This document shows, piece after piece, positions 36,138 through 45,623 of a DNA stretch of 64,000 bases (its first letter is position 1; every line of letters starts with the position of its first letter). A program made the translations under genes and the position numbers. The stretch is from an uncultured Hyphomicrobiales bacterium. Its GTDB lineage: Bacteria; Bacteroidota; Ignavibacteria; Kapaibacteriales; UBA2268. The notes beneath the pieces were generated by a model. It was not told where the DNA came from, searched no databases, and saw only the letters and a program-made list of their open reading frames with translations. Location of the stretch: contig CAYXMM010000011.1 in NCBI GenBank assembly GCA_964465945.1, positions 16,702 through 80,701 on the forward strand, read 5' to 3'.

Positions 36138-38318
36138 ATGGGTGTTTTCGAGAGAATCAGGACAATGTCGCCATACTTTTTAGCTGCATTTGCAGTTATG
36201 TTTATTCTCTTTATGGTGATTTCTGATATGGATCCCACAACATTAATGAACCAAGGGAATAGCCCTCAAACTGCTGCTATAGCAGAAGTAAATGGTGATG
36301 AGATTGCATACTTAGAATTTGAAGGGCTTGTAAGAGAGCAACTTGAAAGGCAAAAAGCTCAACAAAAAGAAAGTGGCGAAGAAGTCGAAATTGACGAAAC
36401 TGCAATTCGTTCTCAAGTCTATCAAGATTTAGTTGATTTAAAGCTAAGTGAGCAATTATTTAATAAAATGGGGCTTGTAACTAACGAGATTGTTATTGCA
36501 GACCAATTAATTAATAATCCTCCTCAAAATCTTAGAAGAATGTTTTCTGATTCAGCTGGACAATTCAACAGAAATATGTATTTAAGCGTTGTTACTAATC
36601 CTGATAAATTAGGTGATTTAATGGGGAAAGCATCAGCAGAACAAAAAACTCAATTCATTACTGATTTTAGAAAAGATTTAATCACAATGGGTGAGCAAAT
36701 TAAATTACAGCTTATCGGAACAATGGTTAATGTTTCTATGAATTCTGCTGGTTCAATTTTATCCCCTACTTATGTAAAAGAAAAATATATTGGTGAAAAT
36801 TCAAATGCAGATATTACTTATGTTAGATTAGATGTTAATACTGTTTCTAATGATCAAGTAAAAGTAACAGATGAGGACTTACAAAAATATTACGATGAGC
36901 ACAAAGAGTATTTCAAACAAGATGCAGGTAGAAAATTAAAGTATATGATTTTTCCGCTTAAACCATCAAAACAAGATACGCTTAATGCTGAGAAAAAAGT
37001 TCAAAAAATTAATACTGCTTTAAATAGTGCTACTGATAGTATTGCAAAAATGGATTTATTCAATCGCTTTGTTGATGAATATAATGGGAATGTTTCTGAA
37101 TTTACTTTAATTAAAGATATTGACCCACAAGCAGCAGTTTATGTAGCCAATGCTACACCTGGGACTGTTGTTGGTCCAATTTTATCTAATGGTGAAACAA
37201 AATATTATATGTTGAATGATGTTAGAGATGGTGAAAATACTGTTGTAAAAGCAAGTCATATCTTAATTGAAAAAGGTGCAAATCCTGATTCATCTAAAGC
37301 TTTTGCAGAGGATATACTTAAAAAGGCGAAAGACGGTGCAAATTTTACAGAGCTTGCAACTGAATTTTCTGCTGATAAAGGTTCTGCTGCTCAAGGTGGT
37401 GATTTAGGTTGGTTTGGTAAAAATCAAATGGTTAAGGAGTTTGAAGATGCTGCTTTTGCTGCAATTGTTGGGGTTCCAACTGGTATTGTTGAGTCTCAAT
37501 TTGGTTACCATATTATTCTTGTTAGTGATAAATCTACTAAAGAAGTTAAATATAGTGAGCTTGTAATTGCTCCAAAAATGACTGGTACAACTAAAAATGC
37601 AATTAAAAGAGAGGCTATTTCTTTCTATAATCAAGTAAAAGAAGGTGCTAAATTTGAAGATATAGCAAAGAAACTTGGTATGGCTGTTACAGAAACTGCT
37701 TATTTTAAACAAGACCAAACAATTTTAGGAAATAATTGGGTTAATTATTTTGCTTTTAATAACGAAGTTGGGACTGTGTCAGAAGTTCAAGAATTTGATG
37801 GCTATGGTATGGTGGTAATGGCTGTTTCTGGTAAAAGAGATAAAGGTATTATTCCTTTTTCTGAGAAAAAATCTGATATTAAACTTGTTGTAACAAATCA
37901 AAAGAAACTTGATTATTTAAAACCTATTGCTGAAAAAATTGCCTCAAGAGTTAAGTCAGGTCAAATAGATGAAAGTGTTAAATCTGAATATGCTCCGGCA
38001 GAAGTAGCTACAACTCAAATTAAGAATAATGGGATTATTAATGGTATTTCAGCAAGGGAGTTTACTCTTACTAATTCGGCTTTTAAACTTAATCAAGGTG
38101 GTGTTTCAAAAGCAATTAGAGGAGTAAAGGGTTATTATATCGTTCAAATGAATAATAAAACTATGGTTCAAAACGATAAGGTTAAAGCCGATTTCCCTGA
38201 GTATTATAAAACTCAAAGTAAATCTTTAGAAAATCAAATTTTCTATCAATGGTTTAAAGATGTTAAGGATAATTCTAACATTGTAGATTATAGGGCAAAA
38301 TTCTATAAGAACTATTAA
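36138..38318 (+). CDS. ppiD: Periplasmic chaperone and peptidyl-prolyl isomerase PpiD/SurA-like (parvulin domain)
   Basis: It has an N-terminal TM anchor and the parvulin motif ASHILI...GGDLGWFGKNQMVKEFEDAAFA. Confidence 0.75.
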   Translation: MGVFERIRTMSPYFLAAFAVMFILFMVISDMDPTTLMNQGNSPQTAAIAEVNGDEIAYLEFEGLVREQLERQKAQQKESGEEVEIDETAIRSQVYQDLVDLKLSEQLFNKMGLVTNEIVIADQLINNPPQNLRRMFSDSAGQFNRNMYLSVVTNPDKLGDLMGKASAEQKTQFITDFRKDLITMGEQIKLQLIGTMVNVSMNSAGSILSPTYVKEKYIGENSNADITYVRLDVNTVSNDQVKVTDEDLQKYYDEHKEYFKQDAGRKLKYMIFPLKPSKQDTLNAEKKVQKINTALNSATDSIAKMDLFNRFVDEYNGNVSEFTLIKDIDPQAAVYVANATPGTVVGPILSNGETKYYMLNDVRDGENTVVKASHILIEKGANPDSSKAFAEDILKKAKDGANFTELATEFSADKGSAAQGGDLGWFGKNQMVKEFEDAAFAAIVGVPTGIVESQFGYHIILVSDKSTKEVKYSELVIAPKMTGTTKNAIKREAISFYNQVKEGAKFEDIAKKLGMAVTETAYFKQDQTILGNNWVNYFAFNNEVGTVSEVQEFDGYGMVVMAVSGKRDKGIIPFSEKKSDIKLVVTNQKKLDYLKPIAEKIASRVKSGQIDESVKSEYAPAEVATTQIKNNGIINGISAREFTLTNSAFKLNQGGVSKAIRGVKGYYIVQMNNKTMVQNDKVKADFPEYYKTQSKSLENQIFYQWFKDVKDNSNIVDYRAKFYKNY

Positions 38319-38329
38319 AAATATATTTT

Positions 38330-38362
38330 AAAATCCGACTTTAAAGTCGGATTTTTTTTTTG
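38330..38362 (+). terminator. Rho-independent terminator of ppiD
   Basis: The hairpin AAAATCCGACTTtaaAGTCGGATTTT is followed by a T10 run. Confidence 0.75.
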
Positions 38363-38419
38363 TTTGTTTTTTAAATCTTCGGAAGGGTTTGAAATCTTGC
38401 GAAGGTGGCGTATAAATTT

Positions 38420-38650
38420 AATTAGTCATTCTGAGCGAATGCGAAGAATCCAGAATTTTTTAAATTCAATAATATTATCATTAAATAATTGTTTCATTTA
38501 CTAGTAAATGATGAATTTTTTTGCTGGATATTTCGCTGCGCTCAATATGACGGCTTTCTTGGATTTATCTCACCCGTCGCCCTAAAGGGCACTTCCCTCA
38601 ATGAAAGAGAGAATCTGGATTTTTCGCTCCGCTCAGAATGACGTTTATCT
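38420..38650. repeat. Repeat block 3: inverted degenerate copies of the GTCATTCTGAGCGAAGCGAAGAATC core in a MITE-like arrangement
   Basis: A forward copy AGTCATTCTGAGCGAATGCGAAGAATCCAGAATT lies at about 38437-38470. A reverse-complement-type copy GAATCTGGATTTTTCGCTCCGCTCAGAATGACG lies at about 38613-38646. A further degenerate copy GCGCTCAATATGACGG lies between them. The family is the same as at 975-1275 and 1911-2230. Confidence 0.7.
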
Positions 38651-38723
38651 TTAGTATATCTGTATTTTTTCTGAATTATGTATAAAAAAATCCTAACTTT
38701 GTTCTAAGTTAGGATTTTTTTTG

Positions 38724-38796
38724 TGGTCAAGGAGGGAATTGAACCCCCGACACAAGGATTTTCAGTCCTTTGCTCTACCAACTGAGCTACTTGACC
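38724..38796 (-). tRNA. tRNA-Phe (anticodon GAA)
   Basis: The reverse complement folds as a cloverleaf: acceptor stem GGTCAAG/CTTGACC, D stem GCTC/GAGC, anticodon stem AAGGA/TCCTT with loop CTGAAAA, and T stem GGGGG/CCCTC. There is no encoded CCA. Confidence 0.85.
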
Positions 38797-38888
38797 AGGA
38801 AAGAATTCAAAATTAAGAACAATTAATTTATTTTCCAAATTTTTCTTTTCGTTTTTTTTACTTATTTTGCTTTATTTTCATTTTAATT

Positions 38889-39995
38889 TTGCTTATGGTT
38901 AAAGGTTGGGCTACTGAAGATATTCTTAAGCTATCTTTTTATAAAGGTGTTAGTGATAGTTTAATATATGAAATAATTGATTTATATAGTTCTTTCGATG
39001 AATTTATAAATGCAAATCTACCCTCAAAAATAAATTTAATTTTAAATCAAGGGGAACTTTTTCAAAGTAATAAGTTTAAGCCAGAGGATAAAGTTCAAAA
39101 GCAATTGGAAATTTGTAATAATAATAATTTCAAGATTATTTCTTTTTGGGACGATGACTATCCAAAGTATCTTAAACATATTTATTTACCACCGCCTTTT
39201 ATTTTTGTTCGTGGTTCGTTGGAAAGCTTGGAAAAGGAATGTATTGCAATAGTGGGGACTCGTAAAAATTCGAGTTATGGGAAGATTCAGACTGAAAGGT
39301 TTGCAGAGTATTTTGCAAATCGAGATATAGTGGTTGTTAGTGGACTTGCTTATGGGATAGATACTTTAGCTCATAAAGCGGCAATTAAAACTGGTGGGAA
39401 AACTATTGCTGTGATTGCTTCTGGCTTAGATTGTGTTAGTCCTTCAACTATGGAGAAGAATGCTGATGAGATTGTAGAAACGGGTGGTTGTGTAATTTCT
39501 ACTTTTAAGTGTGGGGTAAGAGCTTTGCCACCTTATTTTTTAGCAAGAAATAGAATTATTTCTGGGTTGTCAAAGGCAGTTTTAGTAATTGAAAGTAGAT
39601 ATAAGGGCGGGGCATTAAATACTGCAAGATTTGCATTAGACCAGAATCGCGACTTGTATGCTTTGCCTGGGAATGTGTCAAGTGAAACAAGCGATGGAAC
39701 GAATAAATTAATTGCTGATTCATCTGCAAAAGCAGCTCTTAGCCCCGAATTTGTATATTTAGACTTAGGGTTTAAAAATAGTTTTAATATCACAATAAAT
39801 GATATTAAAAAAGTTGAGTTTCAATCTAAATCTGAAGAGATGATATATAATACTTTAAGTCAAGAACCATTGCATATTGATGAGATTATTAATATAACTG
39901 AACTTGAAACATCTATTGTTATGGTTGATTTGCTTAATCTTGAGTTTAGGAACTTAATTAGGCAGTCTGCTGGAAAGCAATATTATAAATTATAG
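38889..39995 (+). CDS. dprA: DNA-protecting protein DprA (SMF)
   Basis: The start is TTG at 38889; an ATG at 38895 is an alternative. The segment IAIVGTRKNSSYGK...VVSGLAYGIDTLAHKAA is the DprA Rossmann core. Confidence 0.8.
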   Translation: MLMVKGWATEDILKLSFYKGVSDSLIYEIIDLYSSFDEFINANLPSKINLILNQGELFQSNKFKPEDKVQKQLEICNNNNFKIISFWDDDYPKYLKHIYLPPPFIFVRGSLESLEKECIAIVGTRKNSSYGKIQTERFAEYFANRDIVVVSGLAYGIDTLAHKAAIKTGGKTIAVIASGLDCVSPSTMEKNADEIVETGGCVISTFKCGVRALPPYFLARNRIISGLSKAVLVIESRYKGGALNTARFALDQNRDLYALPGNVSSETSDGTNKLIADSSAKAALSPEFVYLDLGFKNSFNITINDIKKVEFQSKSEEMIYNTLSQEPLHIDEIINITELETSIVMVDLLNLEFRNLIRQSAGKQYYKL

Positions 39996-40829
39996 ATTTA
40001 ATTTTTCTTCTAATGCTTTGATTAGACTATCTCGTTCTGGATTTGGAATATCTTTAACTACAAAAACTTGTGTTAAGCTATTATAGTTTACAAGTGGTCG
40101 GACTTTAATATCAAGGAAAAGTGAATTTGTTGATTTATTAATTTTACTTACTCGACCAATTGGAATACCTTCTGGAAAGCGGTTGCTAAAATTTGAGGTA
40201 ATGACTAAATCGCCTTCGTTGACATCATAGGAGTTTGGGATATTAGACAGGATATATTCTTCCCCACCTTCCCACTCAATTAGCCCATTGACAGCGGTTC
40301 TTAATACTTTTGCGGCTACTTTTGTGTCTCTATTTTTGAGAGTTTCGACTAAGCAATGATTATCTGAGACAAGATTTACAATACCTACAAGTCCTGCGTC
40401 AGTTCTTACAGGCATATTTCTTCTTATTCCATTGTTTCGACCAACTTCAAGCGAGAGAAATAATTTAAAATTGTATTGAGAAAATCCATTTACTTCTGCG
40501 GGGATAATATCTTTATCGAAAGTTTCTTTAAAGCCGATAATTCCGCGTAGTCTATCATTTTCAGCGATGGCTTCGCGGTTTCTGATAAGTTCTTTTGATA
40601 GTCGTAAATTGTAATCACGCAGGGCTTTATTTTCAGCTTGTATTGAAGATGAATTTGCAAGGAATGGGGCAATATCTTGGGCTTTTATCATATTTGTAAT
40701 CATAAATATTTTAAAGCCACTAATTTTATTTGCGTTACCATAGTTAAGCATAACAAGAGATAGCATAAACAATCCTATAAATATAAGATAGTCTTTATAT
40801 TTATTTAATATCTCTGTGAAGCTATTCAT
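39990..40829 (-). CDS. mreC: Rod shape-determining protein MreC
   Basis: It has an N-terminal TM segment, a coiled coil and a beta-rich C-terminal region. It lies directly downstream of mreB. Confidence 0.8.
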   Translation of the reverse strand: MNSFTEILNKYKDYLIFIGLFMLSLVMLNYGNANKISGFKIFMITNMIKAQDIAPFLANSSSIQAENKALRDYNLRLSKELIRNREAIAENDRLRGIIGFKETFDKDIIPAEVNGFSQYNFKLFLSLEVGRNNGIRRNMPVRTDAGLVGIVNLVSDNHCLVETLKNRDTKVAAKVLRTAVNGLIEWEGGEEYILSNIPNSYDVNEGDLVITSNFSNRFPEGIPIGRVSKINKSTNSLFLDIKVRPLVNYNSLTQVFVVKDIPNPERDSLIKALEEKLNL

Positions 40830-40832
40830 TTA

Positions 40833-41858
40833 TTAGAATCTATTGCTTTTGAGTAAGACGTCGGAATACTCGGAGAAGTTCTCCAGCACTTTTCCAACGC
40901 CTTTTACTACAGTTAATAATGGGTCGTCGGCAACGTGAACGGGAAGTTGAGTTTCTATTCTTAACTTTTCATCTAGACCTTTTAATAATGCTCCGCCACC
41001 ACTAAGCATAATGCCTCTATCGTAAATGTCGGCAGAGAGTTCAGGAGGAGTGACTTCAAGTAAGTTTAGCACTTCTTTAACTATTAAACTGATTGGTTTA
41101 GATAGAGATTCTCTAATATCTGCAGAGGAAACTTGAATCATTTTAGGAACTCCATTGAGTAAGTCTCTTCCTTTTACTTCAATTTCGATTTCTTCGGCAA
41201 GAGGAACGGCAGAGCCAACTTCGCATTTGATAAGTTCAGCGGTTTTTTCGCCGATTAGGATGTTGTGTTCATTTTTAAAATAATCTAAAACAGATTGAGT
41301 TAATTCATCACCGGCTACTCTAAAAGATTTGTCTTTTACGATGCCAGATAGGGCGATAACAGCTATTTCAGTTGTTCCTCCTCCGATGTCAACTATCATA
41401 TTTCCTAATGATTCTTGGACGTCAAGACCAACTCCAATAGCGGAAGCCATTGGTTCGGCAATTAGATGGACTTCTTTTGCTCCAGCGTGCTCGCAACTAT
41501 CTCTTACGGCTCTTTTCTCAACTTCTGTTAAGCCAGAAGGAACAGATACGACTACTCTTCTTGCTGGTTGCCAAGACATAGAAACTTTTCTGATGAATGC
41601 TCTAATCATACCTTCAGTGATTTCAAAATTAGCAATAGCACCATCAGCAATAGGTCTAACAATCTCAATATCTTTATGAGTTCGTCCTAACATTGCTTTA
41701 GCATCATGTCCGATTGCAATTAAGTTTTTTGTGCTTTTATTGTAAGCAACGATAGAAGGTTCATTTAAAACAATCCCTTTGTTTTTCATCCATACAAGAG
41801 AGTTTGCAGTGCCTAAGTCAATAGCAACGTCGTTTGAGAATAAATTAAATCGAGCCAT
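40833..41858 (-). CDS. mreB: Rod shape-determining protein MreB
   Basis: It is an actin-like ATPase with the segments DLGTANSLV and DIGGGTTEIAVI. Confidence 0.9.
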   Translation of the reverse strand: MARFNLFSNDVAIDLGTANSLVWMKNKGIVLNEPSIVAYNKSTKNLIAIGHDAKAMLGRTHKDIEIVRPIADGAIANFEITEGMIRAFIRKVSMSWQPARRVVVSVPSGLTEVEKRAVRDSCEHAGAKEVHLIAEPMASAIGVGLDVQESLGNMIVDIGGGTTEIAVIALSGIVKDKSFRVAGDELTQSVLDYFKNEHNILIGEKTAELIKCEVGSAVPLAEEIEIEVKGRDLLNGVPKMIQVSSADIRESLSKPISLIVKEVLNLLEVTPPELSADIYDRGIMLSGGGALLKGLDEKLRIETQLPVHVADDPLLTVVKGVGKVLENFSEYSDVLLKSNRF

Positions 41859-41986
41859 TTAATTGTTATTTTAGATTTTAGTGAGAATATAAACACAAAA
41901 TTAACAATAATTTTTAGAATAAAATAGAATTGTTAAGTAATGAAAATAAATATTATTAAATTATTTTTAAATATAGAAAATTCAAA

Positions 41987-43291
41987 TTAGTTCATTAATT
42001 CTTCATCAATTCCATCACCTAATTCTAATGTTTTAACGGGTTGAATAGCGTTCCCTGCAATGCCTTTGATTGAGCCATACATACTTGTTGTGTTTTCGAG
42101 AACTTTTTCTATTTGTTTTTCACGTTTTTTCCAAATACTATTCATAGCGTTTTTTTCTTTATCAAGGTCTGTTTTCATTTGTGAAAAGCCCTCAACGATG
42201 GCTTCAATTTGAGACCTAAATTCATTTCCTGTAAGAAAGTCATATAGCATATTCATTTTGTCGCCTTTGTTTTCTTGGGCTGCGGTAGCATAATTTAAAT
42301 CGATGAGATATTGTCTTAGAACAGCGGATAAGCCCTTAAATTCTTCAAAATTGCAAATCCAGACGCCGTCTTTTAACCCCATTCTCTCCATTTCTTTAGG
42401 CATAACTTCTGTTACTAAAACACCAAGTCGAATATTTGCATTCCGCATATCATTTTTAAATTTTTCAATCCAATCACCTGCAAATGCTTTTGTTCTTTTG
42501 CTTTCGTAATAAATAGCCCCGCATTCAATACCTCTTTCATTTCTAACAATTTGGACGCAATCTGCGCCGGAAGCTCCTTTTTTAACTTCGTTAATTTGGT
42601 CGAAGGGGTATTGATTTTTTAGATAATTTTCGATAGCGAGTTCTTGGACTTCGCCTTGCGTTTGCATAGAACCTTGATTTGCTTTTTTACTGCTTTCTTC
42701 GATTGATTTTTTTAAATCTGCAATTTGCTTGTCTTTATCTAAGTTTATCATTTCATTCTTGATTTGCTCTTCTTTTCTAATTCTTTCGGCGTTTTCACTT
42801 AATTTTTGGTTTAATTGAATTTGATTTTCGGCATCAAGTTTCTCTTTCATTTCGTTTTTCTCGCGTTCTAAACGAGCAATATCAGCTTGTAGCTTGTGAA
42901 ATTCTTTTAACTCCGCTGATTTTTTATCAAGTTCTTCTTGTTGGGATTTTAATTGTTCTGAGAATTCTGTTTTTACTTTGTCGATTACTTCTTTTTCAAG
43001 TTGTGATTCTCTGATTTTCACTTGATTTTTTACTGCTTCATCAATTTTAGATTGCGAATCTGCTTTTTCTTTTTGTAATTTTTCTTTTTCAGATTGAATT
43101 AGTTCACGTTCTTTGTCATAATTCTTTTTTATTTCTTCAAATTCATATTTTTTATTTTCAATTTCTTTTAATTTATTCTGATACTTATTTTCGGCATCTT
43201 GGTTTGCTTTTTCTTGTAATTGGTGAAAAACTAAATTATTAACATCAATGTTTGTTCCGCAATTTGGGCAATTTATAGTGTTCTGGCTCAT
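41987..43291 (-). CDS. DUF2130-like protein: an N-terminal zinc ribbon, a long coiled coil and a conserved C-terminal domain
   Basis: The N terminus MSQNTINCPNCGTNI and a Glu/Lys-rich coiled coil of about 200 aa are present. The C-terminal domain includes CGAIYYESKR. Confidence 0.5.
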   Translation of the reverse strand: MSQNTINCPNCGTNIDVNNLVFHQLQEKANQDAENKYQNKLKEIENKKYEFEEIKKNYDKERELIQSEKEKLQKEKADSQSKIDEAVKNQVKIRESQLEKEVIDKVKTEFSEQLKSQQEELDKKSAELKEFHKLQADIARLEREKNEMKEKLDAENQIQLNQKLSENAERIRKEEQIKNEMINLDKDKQIADLKKSIEESSKKANQGSMQTQGEVQELAIENYLKNQYPFDQINEVKKGASGADCVQIVRNERGIECGAIYYESKRTKAFAGDWIEKFKNDMRNANIRLGVLVTEVMPKEMERMGLKDGVWICNFEEFKGLSAVLRQYLIDLNYATAAQENKGDKMNMLYDFLTGNEFRSQIEAIVEGFSQMKTDLDKEKNAMNSIWKKREKQIEKVLENTTSMYGSIKGIAGNAIQPVKTLELGDGIDEELMN

Positions 43292-43362
43292 TTTATTTTA
43301 CTTAGTATTTATGTATTTTGAATTAAGCTAAATTACGATTTTTTTAAGTAAAAAATCAAATA

Positions 43363-43392
43363 AAAAAGCCAAGAAATTATTCTTGGCTTTAG
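43363..43392. terminator. Hairpin terminator downstream of the GT2 gene
   Basis: The sequence AAAAAAGCCAAGAAattaTTCTTGGCTTT forms the hairpin. Confidence 0.5.
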
Positions 43393-43418
43393 GATATTTA
43401 TACATAGTAATTTGTTAT

Positions 43419-44870
43419 TTAACGAGTTAAAGCGTGTTTCAAGGACATAATACCAATAGTTCCGAAGCCAATTAAGAACATAAGTTGGAATGGAATAGCG
43501 GCTATTTCTAAGTAAAAGATAGAAATAGAAATACCAAACACGAAGTATAATGCGAGTCCTAATTCGAAGAAGACTACTGGGGAGATTTTTCTTTGTCTGT
43601 ATTTTATGTCTTTAGCTTTTTCTTTTAAGATATCCCCTTGTTTAGGAGTTCTTGCAAATTCAGATTTCTTACCAATTAAACCTTCAAAAACGGCTTTAGT
43701 GTTAGTTACTGCAAATCCCATAGAGCCAGCGAGGAAAACAGGAAATAGCATTAATCTGCGTTGCCAATCCCAGTGAATTGCTTTTTGGCTAAATGTATAG
43801 AATAAAAAAGTAGAAACTGATGCTAATACAAAAACTGACATTAAAGAGTAATAAACATCAACTCCGGCTACTGTGTTTTTAATTATAACGAGTGGCACAT
43901 TTAATAATGCAACAAGAATAATGAAAGGGAACACAATATTACTTGTTAGATGAATAAAGCATTCAAATTTAACTTTTGGTGGTAAATCGGCTTTCCAAAC
44001 TTTTGGTAAAATTTTCACTGCTGTTTCGACTGCGCCTTTAGTCCATCTAAATTGTTGTGTTTTAAGTGCATTAATATCAGCAGGTAATTCAGCAGGTGAA
44101 GTAACATTGTTTAAGAAAACAAATTTCCAGCCCTTTAATTGTGCTCTATAACTAAGGTCTAAGTCCTCAGTTAGAGTGTCAGCTTGCCAGTTGCCTGCGT
44201 CTTCTATACAGGATTTTCTCCAAATCCCAGCAGTTCCATTAAAGTTAATGAAAAAGCCAGCTTTATTACGAACTTGTTGCTCAATAACAAAATGTCCATC
44301 AAGGGCAAGTGCTTGCGCTTTAGTTAAATAGGATTCATCTTCGTTAAGATGTTCCCATCTAGTTTGCACCATTCCAATGTTAGGATTTTGGAAATGTGGT
44401 ACGGTTTTCATCAAGAACTCTCTTTTTGGAATGAAGTCGGCGTCGAAAATGGCAACGAATTCACCTTTAGCAACGACAAGTCCTTCTTTTAAAGCACCTG
44501 CTTTAAAACCTTGTCGATTAGTTCTATGAATATAGCTTATATCGAACCCTTTCATCTGATACTCTTTAACAATGTTTTGGCAGATTGTTTGAGTTTCGTC
44601 AGTGGAGTCGTCCAATATTTGAACTTCCAATTTATCTTTTGGATATTCAATATTGCAGACAGATTTAATCAATCTTTCTACAACATACATTTCGTTGTAC
44701 ATTGGAAGTTGAATAGTAACCTGCGGGAGATCTTCAGGAATTAATAATTCCTTTGGTGTCTCTTTTGAAGTTTTGCGATAATAAATTAGCAAAACCAGAC
44801 CATGAATCCCAAATCCGAATAGGATACTTAGGGACAAAAAGTATAGAGAAAGAATAAAATTTTCCATCAA
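43419..44870 (-). CDS. Processive family-2 glycosyltransferase (cellulose-synthase-like, membrane-embedded)
   Basis: The motif QLPMYNE, the DDSTD/DxD motifs and the QQFRW (QxxRW) motif are present, together with multiple TM helices. Confidence 0.7.
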   Translation of the reverse strand: MMENFILSLYFLSLSILFGFGIHGLVLLIYYRKTSKETPKELLIPEDLPQVTIQLPMYNEMYVVERLIKSVCNIEYPKDKLEVQILDDSTDETQTICQNIVKEYQMKGFDISYIHRTNRQGFKAGALKEGLVVAKGEFVAIFDADFIPKREFLMKTVPHFQNPNIGMVQTRWEHLNEDESYLTKAQALALDGHFVIEQQVRNKAGFFINFNGTAGIWRKSCIEDAGNWQADTLTEDLDLSYRAQLKGWKFVFLNNVTSPAELPADINALKTQQFRWTKGAVETAVKILPKVWKADLPPKVKFECFIHLTSNIVFPFIILVALLNVPLVIIKNTVAGVDVYYSLMSVFVLASVSTFLFYTFSQKAIHWDWQRRLMLFPVFLAGSMGFAVTNTKAVFEGLIGKKSEFARTPKQGDILKEKAKDIKYRQRKISPVVFFELGLALYFVFGISISIFYLEIAAIPFQLMFLIGFGTIGIMSLKHALTR

Positions 44871-44915
44871 ACTTTATATTTGTTCGATAATTAAACAGCT
44901 AAATTAAAAAAATTT

Positions 44916-45428
44916 TTACCAACCCGAAACAACTGCTATCAAAATATCGTTACTCAATTGTTCAATAACTGCATTTGCTGCGTTGTCTCTGTTTATTTGA
45001 GCATTGCTAATACTATAGTTCTGATACTTAGAAAAAGACTTAGACCAGATTTCTTTTTCAAGCACATTATCGTAATAATCTGCTTTAACTGAAATGGTAA
45101 GTCGTCTTTCTGACTCTAATTCAGAACCTTGCACGGCAACAGTCTCATCTTTGATGTTAGTAATTACAACTTCTAACTTTGCATCACCATTATAGTTTGC
45201 TAAAGTGAAAGAGTTGTCATTTCTAAATACTTCTAATAACTTTGTGTTTGCTTCATTTCTATATTGAGGATAACCATAACCTGAATTATCTTCAATAGGA
45301 GTGATATAAATTGATTTCAAATGAGACGGAATCGCCCCACCTGTAAATGAATAACAACCACTTAAAACAAGCAAAGGAAAAAGTATTTTTAGAACAATAA
45401 TCCTTATTTTCAAGAAACTTTTGTCCAT
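44916..45428 (-). CDS. LptE-like LPS-assembly lipoprotein
   Basis: It has the lipobox LSGC and the size and pattern of LptE. The assignment is tentative. Confidence 0.45.
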   Translation of the reverse strand: MDKSFLKIRIIVLKILFPLLVLSGCYSFTGGAIPSHLKSIYITPIEDNSGYGYPQYRNEANTKLLEVFRNDNSFTLANYNGDAKLEVVITNIKDETVAVQGSELESERRLTISVKADYYDNVLEKEIWSKSFSKYQNYSISNAQINRDNAANAVIEQLSNDILIAVVSGW

Positions 45429-45623
45429 TTTGTACCAACAGCAAATACAAAATTCAGAAAAAAAAGTAAATAAAAAAATTTTTTTGTGTTTTTTTATTTT
45501 TTTGACTAAAATAGTTTCCTTAAAAGTTGTGTTTGTCTATTATTTTCGACAAAATAATTTTTGAATATTTTGTGATAGGTATTCATTTTGTTAATTTACT
45601 TTTTTTATAAATTAATTTTACAA

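Noticed and set aside
45588-45623. ORF-track start at 45588 for the DUF2723-like membrane protein
   Set aside because: It adds a short hydrophilic extension. The ATG at 45624 (MKKYIPVIV...) gives a typical signal/TM start.
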